Origin: Ranitomeya imitator
Taxonomy: Eukaryota
NCBI RefSeq assembly: GCF_032444005.1
Contig: NC_091284.1
Coordinates: 835,202,001 to 835,266,000, forward strand
Length of the DNA stretch: 64,000 nt
Reading direction: 5' to 3'
Under the pieces are notes generated by a model. That model searched no databases. It saw only the letters and a list, made by a program, of their open reading frames with translations, and had not been told where the DNA came from. Of the stretch, positions 12,134 to 24,044 are shown in pieces (the first letter of the stretch is position 1; every line of letters starts with the position of its first letter). Both the position numbers and the translations under genes were made by a program.

Positions 12134-13708
12134 CTTACCACTGTTCAGCGGGTCCCTGCCTACATCACCACTTTCCGGATGGTCCTTCGCCTCCTCACAG
12201 CTGTCCAGCGGGTCCGTGCCTACATCACCACTTTCCGGTTGGTCCTCACCACCTCACACCTGTCCAGCGGGTCCTTTCTTCCCTGCTGTTTCATTGGTCC
12301 CTGTCTCATCGCAGTCAGGCAGGTCCCTTGCTGCCTTTTCACTGTCTGACAGGTCCCTCATTGCCTCCCCGCTTTCCATCAAACACCGCTTCCACCATAT
12401 AGGTTGATGGTTTATTGAGGACCACCTTGTGGTGTGGTTGGTTACTTGGGACGTCATCTGGTAGATTAGATTCATGATGATCTCTGTCAGATGCTAAAAC
12501 TACTGTATACACATCACATAAGAGATGCTGAGACTGCTGTATACACATCACATAAGAGATGCTGAGACTGCCATATACATCTCATAGGAGACGCTTATTA
12601 AGGGAAAAAGAAATCCAAACTGTGAGATAGCACTCACTGCATGTTTTGGGGGACACACGCTTGGCATGGGATTCAAGCACACGGGCACGGTTTTTCACTT
12701 TAACAGTCTATGTCTGTTTATTTTATACAGCATAAACCACCAAAACCAAGAACAGATGGACAGTCTTTATATCAGGCTTCACATCATTAGCTTGCGCCAC
12801 TAAACACACTGATCCTTATCTGACTAGTTGCCGTGGGTGACCGCACAGTTCAAATGGCAGATACTCCTCTATGCCGTATTTGACAATCCCCATGTCCAGG
12901 GTTACCTTCCAGGAGCTCCGCTCCTCACGCGGACTCCTTGTCAGTCCTGTCTTTCTGGGAAAGCTGCCTCATGGGAATCACCAACTTGCCTGGCAGGCAT
13001 ACATCAGTCAGTCCAGAGCCACCAAAGGATGATAGCTTCCCCAACACAGACTGTCCATGTCCACGGTCTCAGGTGCTCCAGGAAGACTCCACTCACAGGA
13101 GCTTGACCGTCCAGGACCACGGTCTCACTGTGCGCTATTCAGGATGTCCATCCCACTTGGGACCGTCCAACACACAGGCATGTGGCCTGTCCGGGTGCTA
13201 TTCAGGACGTTCATCCAACACCCCAGGTCACCGGATCCAAAGCTCCACCATGTGCTGTTCAGGTAGATAGCACTCCCAACACATAAGCTCTCCAGGACCT
13301 TCAGTACATGGATGATTTAGGTCCACACTCAGAGACCATGTGACCAGACCTCAGTCACATTATATGGTTGTAACCACTCCTGTAGATGGGAGTGTGTGTG
13401 CGGCTTGCTCGACCCGCCCATCTCTCATAACTGGCCCTGCCAGCCTCCCTTCATAATTATACCAACAACTATACTTGTGGGACTACAGGTCCCAGAACAA
13501 CAACATTGCTTTAAGATGGCAGCGCAGAGTAACTTCCTCTGTGACACACATACCGGCCATTCACAACAATGCTGGACTTTGTCTCACCATCATATTTATG
13601 CATGCACCTGCCATGCACTCTCACAGCCTCAATACGCCTCCGTGCATACCCTGGGAAGACCGTGCAGCGCCCCCTACCTGTAACAGGGGTCACTGCATCA
13701 CAAAACCT

Positions 13709-14745
<1,037 letters not shown>

Positions 14746-15629
14746 ACGTACTGCGCCCTCGTGCTCCCCAGTTCGGTGTGAGGACAGAATCCTCTGTGCG
14801 CTCGCAGGGCCCGCGTGGGTATAAAGGGCCGACAGCCAGGAAGACGCAGCTGTGGTCTCGAGCACTGCGGCCCCTGGGAATCTGCAGAGAAGGTCATCGC
14901 GGGCCACGCGTCCCAGGGCTGGAGGTTCCCCACCCCTGCTGTAGGGGATTAGTTTTGTGATCTGGTGTGTGGGGGGGGGGGGGGGACGTCGGACCCTTCG
15001 TCCGATTATGAGCCAGGTCCGTGATCCAGTCACTGCAGAGATCACACTGCCCCCGGGGACCACCGCTGCCCTCTACATGCCCAGATGGACCCTCATTATT
15101 TACGAGACCCCGGACATAGGATACAGTGGGGCACAATGCTGTAAACCCACTGCGGGCTGTGAGGTCTAATAATCAGTGACCCCCCATCTCCCCAGACTGG
15201 GGGCTCCAGTTACATCGGAGGAGACGAAATTGAGCATTTTCCTACAGTTTGCAGCTCGTACAAGGGGGGGGGGGGGGGGGGGGGTGGAGTCAGGCGGCTT
15301 ATGGGGGGCTGGCGCACAGCAAGGGACACAATATTCGCCTTTTCCTGCAGCAGCTGTGGGGGGGCCGCACAGGACAGAGGGGCTCTGTGCTCCAGACGAG
15401 GCAGGAAACTGCCCGGGGTCAGACAGGACGCATCCACAGACACATAGCATCTGTGACCCCCCACACCTGACACTACAGGCACTCAGCCCATTACCTGCGA
15501 GCAGAGGGGACTACAAGTCTCAGCACGCCCTAGAGAGGATGAACACATCCTTACAAATACCGCACTAGGAACCATTCATCTGCCGCTACCTGAAGTGTGT
15601 GAACCCCTATGTTAGTGGAATCATACTCT

Positions 15630-16590
15630 GGACCGCAGCTCTGGAGGTGACTGGAGGATAAGACACGATGTAACAGCAGAATAGTGAGTGCAGCTCTGGT
15701 GGTGACTGGAGGATAAGACACACGATGTTACAGCAGAATAGTGACTGCAGCTCTGGAGGTGACTAGAGGATAAGACCTGATGTAACAGCAGAATAGTGAG
15801 TGTAGCTCTGGATGTGACTGGAGGATAAGACATGATGGAACAGCAGAATAGTGACTGCAGCTCTGGAGGTGACTGGAGGATAAGATACAATTGTAACAGC
15901 AGAATAGTGAGTGCAGCTCTGGAGGTGACTGGAGGATAAGATACAATTGTAACTGCAGAATAGTGAGTGCAGCTCTGGAGGTGACTGGTGGACAAGACAC
16001 GATGTAACTGCAGAATAGTGACTGCAGCTCTGGAGGTGACTGGTGGACAAGACACGATGTAACCGTAGAATAGTAACTGCAGCTCTGGAGGTGACTGGTG
16101 GACAAGACACGATGTAACTGCAGAATAGTGACTGCAGCTCTGGAGGTGACTGGTGGACAAGACACGATGTAACTGCAGAATAGTGACTGCAGCTCTGGAG
16201 GTGACTGGTGGACAAGACACGATGTAACAGCAGAATAGTGACTGCAGCTCTGGAGGTGACTGGTGGACAAGACACGATGTAACAGCAGAATAGTGACTGC
16301 AGCTCTGGAGGTGACTGGTGGACAAGACACGATGTAACCGTAGAATAGTAACTGCAGCTCTGGAGGTGACTGGTGGACAAGGCACGATGTAACAGCAGAA
16401 TAGTGATTGCAGCTCTGGAGGTGACTGGTGGACAAGACACGATGTAACAGCAGAATAGTGACTGCAGCTCTAGAGGTGACTGGTGGACAAGACACGATGT
16501 AACAGCAGAATAGTGACTGCAGCTCTGGAGGTGACTGGTGGACAAGACACGATGTAACTGCAGAATAGTGACTGCAGCTCTGGCGGTGAG
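15630..16590. repeat. 55-bp minisatellite (GCAGCTCTGGAGGTGACTGGTGGACAAGACACGATGTAACAGCAGAATAGTGACT)
   Basis: Period 55 measured (16141/16196); about 17 units. Confidence 0.95.
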
Positions 16591-16879
16591 TGGAGTAGGC
16601 CACTCTTCTGGTGACTTGTGACCTATAATTGAATACTATAGGGAAATAGTGAATTCCTCTCATTTGAGGCCTCCTCTGCAGGATCCTCCTCCCCCAAACT
16701 ACACAATAAACTTCAAAGTGTATCCTGGGGAGGATGAAAGAGTCGGACAGGAAGTCGTTATGAGCCGATTTATGGCTCCTAAATGCTAAAATCCATCACT
16801 GAGTCCAGTCAATGTTCAGTATGGATCTGTGACCGATAATAGAGGTGGCATCACTGTATCTGAAGCATGGAACAGACAT

Positions 16880-17865
16880 GTGTATACAGACCGGCAGACA
16901 TCCCATCATACCGGGGTGTATAGAGACCGGCAGACATCCCATCATACCGGGGTGTATAGAGACCGGCAGACATCCCATCATACCGGGGTGTATACAGACC
17001 GGCAGACATCCCATCATACCGGGGTGTATACAGACCGGCAGACATCCCATCATACCGGGGTGTATAGAGACCGGCAGACATCCCATCATACCGGGGTGTA
17101 TAGAGACCGGCAGACATCCCATCATACCGGGGTGTATACAGACCGGCAGACATCCCATCATACCGGGGTGTATAGAGACCGGCAGACATCCCATCATACC
17201 GGGGTGTATAGAGACCGGCAGACATCCCATCATACCGGGGTGTATAGAGACCGGCAGACATCCCATCATACCGGGGTGTATACAGACCGGCAGACATCCC
17301 ATCATACCGGGGTGTATAGAGACCGGCAGACATCCCATCATACCGGGGTGTATAGAGACCGGCAGACATCCCATCATACCGGGGTGTATAGAGACCGGCA
17401 GACATCCCATCATACCGGGGTGTATAGAGACCGGCAGACATCCCATCATACCGGGGTGTATACAGACCGGCAGACATCCCATCATACCGGGGTGTATAGA
17501 GACCGGCAGACATCCCATCATACCGGGGTGTATACAGACCGGCAGACATCCCATCATACCGGGGTGTATAGAGACCGGCAGACATCCCATCATACCGGGG
17601 TGTATACAGACCGGCAGACATCCCATCATACCGGGGTGTATAGAGACCGGCAGACATCCCATCATACCGGGGTGTATACAGACCGGCAGACATCCCATCA
17701 TACCGGGGTGTATACAGACCGGCAGACATCCCATCATACCGGGGTGTATACAGACCGGCAGACATCCCATCATACCGGGGTGTATACAGACCGGCAGACA
17801 TCCCATCATACCGGGGTGTATACAGACCGGCAGACATCCCATCATACCGGCGTGTATATGGACCA
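16880..17865. repeat. 33-bp highly homogeneous minisatellite
   Basis: About 29 units differing essentially at one base (TATACAGAC/TATAGAGAC). Open in several frames on both strands, so the ORFs are artefacts. Confidence 0.95.
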
Positions 17866-17877
17866 AGGGGTATATCA

Positions 17878-18128
17878 TTGTGGAAACACAGGGGGGGGGG
17901 GGGGGAGGTTTGGGTCGGTGGGCGCTCAGGCGCGCTAGCCGAAACCGCATGGACCAGGGATCGTCCCGCAGAACGCCCGCTCCCCCTTTAACATGGGCAC
18001 AGCACTAAGACACCACAGGGTGAGGGGAACACAGGGCGGCAATGATTTATTGAACCACAAAACAGGCAGATAACACATAGAACAGTCCCAGCACAGTACC
18101 CAAAGGTTCAGCGATTGTCAATGGAGCA
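17878..18128 (-). mobile_element. Solo-LTR-like dispersed repeat (short copy)
   Basis: Shares TTTATTGAACCACAAAACAG...AACACATAGAACAGTCCCAGC and the terminal CAATGGAGCA with 50755-51320. Has AATAAA on the minus strand. Confidence 0.45.
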
Positions 18129-18744
18129 GATTATTATTATTATTATTATACATTTTTATAGCGCCATTTATTCCATGGCGCTTTACATGTGAATACGGGG
18201 CAAATATAGACAAATAGATCCGTAACACAGCACCGACCCCAAATGAAAGGAGCACTGAAACTCACCTTCCTGAGAGCAGAAATGGGCTAGACCCCTTTCT
18301 TTGCAGTCTCCTGCTAATTAAAATCACCTGTGCCAAATGTTTTCAAAGTCACCAAACTCTCTGGCCTACACAATGTATAATTAGCATATCAGTAACATCA
18401 CTAATCATCCAAGATAACAGCACAATATGATACATCAAACGTCAACGTACAAGTCAATATTACAGGCTTACACAAGCAAAAGGCTGTTTTCTTGACCAAC
18501 ACATAAATTCCAAAGTGAACACATAGGTAAGAGTCTATTCTTCTTGGCTTGCTAAAAAATAGTCATCTGGTTAATTAAGATACAATGCTGTGTCTCCACA
18601 ATCATCATACAGTGGTGTATACAGACCGGTGGGTATATCACCATAAAGGAGTATATACACACCAGGCGGTATATCACCGAAAAATAGTATATACACCAGC
18701 CGATATATCATCATATGGGGGGGGGGGGGAAGACGGTGTACATC

Positions 18745-19520
18745 GGGTGTACGGGGGGGGGGGGGGGGAGGTGTATGCCAGGTCTACCGGGGGCAGTTTA
18801 TGTCAGGTGTACGACAGGGGGGATGTATATGGTTTGTATGTCGGTTGTAAGGTGGGTGTATGTCGGGTGTACAGGGGGGTGCATGTCGGGTGAACAGGGG
18901 GGATGTATATCGGGTGTACAAGGGGGTGTATGGGGGGTGTATGTCGGGTGTATGGGGGATGTATGTCGGGTGTACAGGGGGGTGTATGTCGAGTGTACGG
19001 GGGGTGTATGTCGGGTGTACAGGGAGGTGTATGTCGAGTGTACAGGGGGGTGTATGTCGAGTGTACGGGGGATGTATGGGGGGTGTATGTCGGGTGTACA
19101 GGGGGGTGTATGTCGAGTGTACAGGGGGGTGTATGTCGAGTGTACGGGGGGGTGTATCTTGGGTGTACAGGGGGGTGTATGGGGGGTGTATGTCGGGTGT
19201 ACGGGGGATGTATGTCCAGTGTACGGGGGGGGGGGGTGTATGTCAAGTGTACGAGGGGTGTATGTTGGGTGTACAGGTGGGTGTATGGGGGGGGGAGTGT
19301 TGGGTGTATGTCGGGTGTACAGGGAGGTGTATGTCAGGTGTACAGGGAGGTGTATGTCGGGTGTACGGGGGGGGTGTATGTCAAGTGTACGGGGGGTGTA
19401 TGGGAAGGTGTATGTTGGGTGTATGTCGGGTGTACAGGGGGGATGTATGTCGGGTGTACAGGGGGGATGTATGTCGGGTGTACGGGGGGTGTATGTCAGG
19501 TGTTTAGGGGGGTGTATGAG
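18745..19520. repeat. ~22-bp G/T-rich minisatellite (TGTATGTCGGGTGTACAGGGGG)
   Basis: Directly visible, with variable G-runs. Confidence 0.9.
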
Positions 19521-19827
19521 GTGTTGTCATTCTCTTTCGGGATCATATAATACCTTTCCCAGGCTCCTTCTCTGGCTTTTCTGGAGCGCTCTGTGCAGCC
19601 TTCTGATTGGACGGGGCTTGGTCGGCAGCGGATCCCGTCAGGATCTGATCTATGAAGTGACCGCACTTTCTTTGTCTTTTCCCATCAGGGATTTTTCAAA
19701 ACCGGAAGCAGAAACAAATCTCCAACCCCCTGACATGAGCGACAATGTGGATTTCCCATAGACATGAACAGTAACAGTTCTTGAAGGGGACGACCCTGAA
19801 GCGTCTCCACAGACTCCGTGAGCTCTT

Positions 19828-19998
19828 GGCCTCGTTCACACGCTCAGTGTTTGGTCAGTATTTCCATCAGTGTCTGTAACCAGGAGCCGGCGATTATACA
19901 GAAGTGGTGATGTGTTTCTATTATGTTTTTCCCGATTGTTCCTCTCCTGGTTTTGGTTTTAAATACTGATGTAAAATACTGACCGCGTGACCGGGGCC
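19828..19998. mobile_element. Short MITE whose right TIR seeds the adjacent array
   Basis: Left end GGCCTCGTTCACACGCTCAGTGTTT; right end reverse-complements to GGCCCCGGTCACGCGGTCAGTATTT. Confidence 0.6.
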
Positions 19999-22900
19999 CT
20001 ATTACAAATACTGACCGTGTGACCGGGGCCCTAATACAAATACTGACCGTGTGACCGGGGCCCTAATACAAATACTGACCGTGTGACCGGGGCCCTACTA
20101 TAAATACTGACCGCGTGACCGAGGCCCAAATACAAATACTGACCGCGTGACCGGGGCCCTACTATAAATACTGACCGCCTGACCGGGGCCCTAATACAAA
20201 TACTGACCGTGTGACCTGGGCCCTAATACAAATACTGACCGTGTGACCGGGGCCCTAATACAAATACTGACCGTGTGACCGGGGCCCTACTATAAATACT
20301 GACCGCGTGACCGAGGCCCAAATACAAATACTGACCGCGTGACCGGGGCCCTACTATAAATACTGACCGCCTGACCGGGGCCCTAATACAAATACTGACC
20401 GTGTGACCTGGGCCCTAATACTAATACTGACCGCGTGACCGGGGCCCTACTATAAATACTGACCGCGTGACCGGGGCCCTAATACAAATATTGACCGTGT
20501 GACCGGGGCCCTAATACAAATACTGACCGTGTGACCGGGGCCCTAATACAAATACTGACCGTGTGACCGGGGCCCTACTATAAATACTGACCGCGTGACC
20601 GGGGCCCAAATACAAATACTGACCGCGTGACCGGGGCCCTACTATAAATACTGACCGCGTGACCGGGGCCCTAATACAAATACTGACCGTGTGACCAGGG
20701 CCCTAATACAAATACTGACCGCGTGACCGGGGCCCTAATACAAATACTGACCGTGTGACCGGGGCCCAAATACAAATACTGACCGTGTGACCGGGGCCCT
20801 ACTATAAATACTGACCGCGTGACCGGGGCCCTAATACAAATACTGACCGTGTGACCGGGGCCCTAATACAAATACTGACCGTGTGACCGGGGCCCTAATA
20901 CAAATACTGACCGTGTGACCGGGGCCCTAATACAAATACTGACCGTGTGACCGGGGCCCTACTATAAATACTGACCGCGTGACCGGGGCCCTAATACAAA
21001 TACTGACCGCGTGACCGGGGCCCTAATACAAATACTGACCGTGTGACCGGGGCCCAAATACAAATACTGACCGTGTGACCGGGGCCCTACTATAAATACT
21101 GACCGCGTGACCGGGGCCCTAATACAAATACTGACCGTGTGACCGGGGCCCTAATACAAATACTGACCGCGTGACCGGGGCCCTAATACAAATACTGACC
21201 GTGTGACCGGGGCCCAAATACAAATACTGACCGTGTGACCGGGGCCCTAACACTAATACTGACCGTGTGACCGGGGCCCTAATACAAATACTGACCGTGT
21301 GACCAGGGCCCTAATACAAATACTGACCGTGTGACCGGGGCCCTAATACAAATACTGACCGTGTGACCGGGACCCTAATACAAATACTGACCGTGTGACC
21401 GGGGCCCTAATACAAATACTGACCGTGTGACCGGGGCCCTAACACAAATACTGACCGTGTGACCGGGGCCCAAATACAAATACTGACCGTGTGACCCAAG
21501 AACAAAACTATAAAACTTTTCAGGTTTCGGCAAACTGAGTGATAAAAAGCCAATAGTCCTAAACATCTTCTTCAGCAGTCCAGAGGAAGGGACTGTAACC
21601 CATAGCAACCAATCATTGACCGCGTGACCGGGGCCCTAATACAAATACTGACCGTGTGACCGGGGCCCAAATACAAATACTGACCGTGTGACCGGGGCCC
21701 TAATACAAATACTGACCGTGTGACCGGGGCCCTAATACAAATACTGACCGTGTGACCGGGGCCCTAATACAAATACTGACCGTGTGACCGGGCCCTAATA
21801 CAAATACTGACCGTGTGCCTAATACAAATACTGACCGTGTGACCGGGCCCTAATACAAATACTGACCGTGTGACCGGGCCCTAATACAAATACTGACCGT
21901 GTGACCGGGGCCTAATACAAATACTGACCGTGTGACCGGGTCCCTAATACAAATACTGACCGTGTGACCGGGGCCCTAATACAAATACTGACCGTGTGAC
22001 CGGGGGCCTAATACAAATACTGACCGTGTGACCGGGGCCCTAATACAAATACTGACCGTGTGACCGGGGCCTAATACAAATACTGACCGTGTGACCGGGC
22101 CCTAATACAAATACTGACCGTGTGACCGGGGCCTAATACAAATACTGACCGTGTGACCGGGGCCCTAATACAAATACTGACCGTGTGACCGGGGCCTAAT
22201 ACAAATACTGACCGTGTGACCGGGGCCCTAATACAAATACTGACCGTGTGACCGGGGGCCTAATACAAATACTGACCGTGTGACCGGGGCCCTAATACAA
22301 ATACTGACCGTGTGACCGGGGCCCTAATACAAATACTGACCGTGTGACCGGGGCCCTAATACAAATACTGACCGTGTGACCGGGGCCTAATACAAATACT
22401 GACCGTGTGACCGGGCCCTAATACAAATACTGACCGTGTGACCGGGGCCTAATACAAATACTGACCGTGTGACCGGGGCCCTAATACAAATACTGACCGT
22501 GTGACCGGGGCCTAATACAAATACTGACCGTGTGACCGGGGCCCTAATACAAATACTGACCGTGTGACCGGGGCCCTAATACAAATACTGACCGTGTGAC
22601 CGGGGCCCTAATACAAATACTGACCGTGTGACCGGTGCCCTAATACAAATACTGACTGTGTGACCGGGGCCCTACTATAAATACTGACCGTGTGACCGGG
22701 CCCTAATACAAATACTGACCGTGTGACCGGGGCCCTAATACAAATACTGACCGTGTGACCGGGGCCTAATACAAATACTGACCGTGTGACCGGGCCCTAA
22801 TACAAATACTGACCGTGTGACCGGGGCCCTAATACAAATACTGACCGCGTGACCGGGGCCCTAATACAAATACTGACCGTGTGACCGGTGCCCTAATACA

Positions 22901-23236
22901 AATACTGACCGTGTGACCGGGGCCCTACTATAAATACTGACCGTGTGACCGGGGCCCTAATACAAATACTGACCGTGTGACCGGGGCCCTAATACAAATA
23001 CTGACCGTGTGACCGGGGCCCTAATACAAATACTGACCGTGTGACCGGGGCCCTAATACAAATACTGACCGTGTGACCGGGGCCTAATACAAATACTGAC
23101 CGTGTGACCGGGGGCCTAATACAAATACTGACCGCGTGACCGGGGCCCTAATACAAATACTGACCGTGTGACCGGGGCCCTAATACAAATACTGACCGTG
23201 TGACCGGGGGCCTAATACAAATACTGACCGTGTGAC
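19972..23236. repeat. 32-bp minisatellite (AATACAAATACTGACCGTGTGACCGGGGCCCT), ~95 units, with a duplicated ~120-bp unique spacer
   Basis: Units directly visible. Spacer at 21496-21616 is repeated at 23237-23357. Confidence 0.95.
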
Positions 23237-23439
23237 CCAAGAACAAAACTATAATACTTTTCAGATTTCGGCAAACTGAGTGATAAAAAGCCAATAGTCC
23301 TAAACATCTTCTTAAGTAGTCCAGAGGGAGGGACTGTAACCCATAGCAAGCAATCATCGGCCTCCACACAACCGCCTAGTTCCAAAATGAAAGCAGTGAT
23401 GTGATTGGGTGCTTTTGGGTGACTCCTCCCCTTCTCATG

Positions 23440-23603
23440 TTATACAGCTTCTCTGCGCCCCGCCCGCGTGGATTTTGGTCTCCATGGCAAGTCGTCACAT
23501 GACTGGAGGAGGCCGGAAGCGGAAGTGCTGTGATGTGCTGCGGTTTCCGGTGGTCATGTGATAGAGAAGTGTTGTCGGTCTCACCGAGCTGCCCCGAGCG
23601 GAC
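23440..23603 (+). promoter_or_regulatory. CpG-rich LAMTOR1 promoter/5' UTR with ETS, E/M-box and X-box-like motifs
   Basis: CCGGAAGCGGAAGT at ~23514-23527, GTCACATGAC 23494-23503, GTCATGTGAT 23553-23562, GTCTCCATGGCAAG 23478-23491, GC box at ~23458. Confidence 0.6.
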
Positions 23604-23645
23604 ATGGGCTGCTGCTACAGCGGGGAGTCAGAGAACGGCAAGGGG
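23604..23645 (+). CDS. LAMTOR1: Ragulator complex protein LAMTOR1 (p18), coding exon 1
   Basis: MGCCYSGESENGKG then GTGAGG donor. The MGCC myristoylation/palmitoylation N-terminus matches human MGCCYSSENEDSDQ (42 nt). Confidence 0.95.
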
Positions 23646-24044
23646 GTGAGGTCCGGGGTCGGGGGTCCTGTAGGTGACGGAGGGAGCGGGGCGAGGACCG
23701 GCGGTGCCAGGGGAGGGCGATACTGCGGCCGGGTGGACTCTAGGGCTGGGGGAGTGTGCACTGGGGGAGGGGCGGCAGGAGCACACGTGACTTTGGGCCC
23801 CTCTCAGGCAGTTTTGGCCCCTTGTTTTTTTGCATTTTATTTTCAGTGATGACGTCATTGGAGAAGGGTCCCGTGTGATGTGAGCTGTGCCCCCGCCTCC
23901 TCCGCACAGGACCCTGTTACCTGGACTCTGATGTCATGTGACCCGCCAGCCCCCGCTCATTGTTGGGACTCCTTGCTTAATTCTTTTGGGGTGACGCATG
24001 TCCCCGACCTTTCTATGATTTCTATTGAGATAGAGGGGTGGCAG

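Larger units (their letters stand above)
14752..19649 (-). other. Candidate exons of an unidentified minus-strand gene (19649-19554, 15529-15495, from 15353, 14938-14752)
   Basis: AG/GT boundaries with compatible phases for the first three give DQILTGSAADQAPSNQKAAQSAPEKPEKEPGK-GRAETCSPLCSQ-LLQEKANIVSLAVRQPP. No homology recognised. Confidence 0.25.

Noticed and set aside
12828-13270. Possible TOMT fragment (YLPGAP resembles FPGAP)
   Set aside because: No surrounding similarity, no ELGT SAM-binding motif and no splice support.
16796-18008. Four overlapping 328-387 aa ORFs
   Set aside because: The 33-bp unit lacks stops in most frames. No unique domain or splice support.
19972-23236. CRISPR-like regular repeats (also the 35-, 55- and 79-bp arrays)
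   Set aside because: Head-to-tail repeats with no unique spacers, no cas genes, in a vertebrate context.
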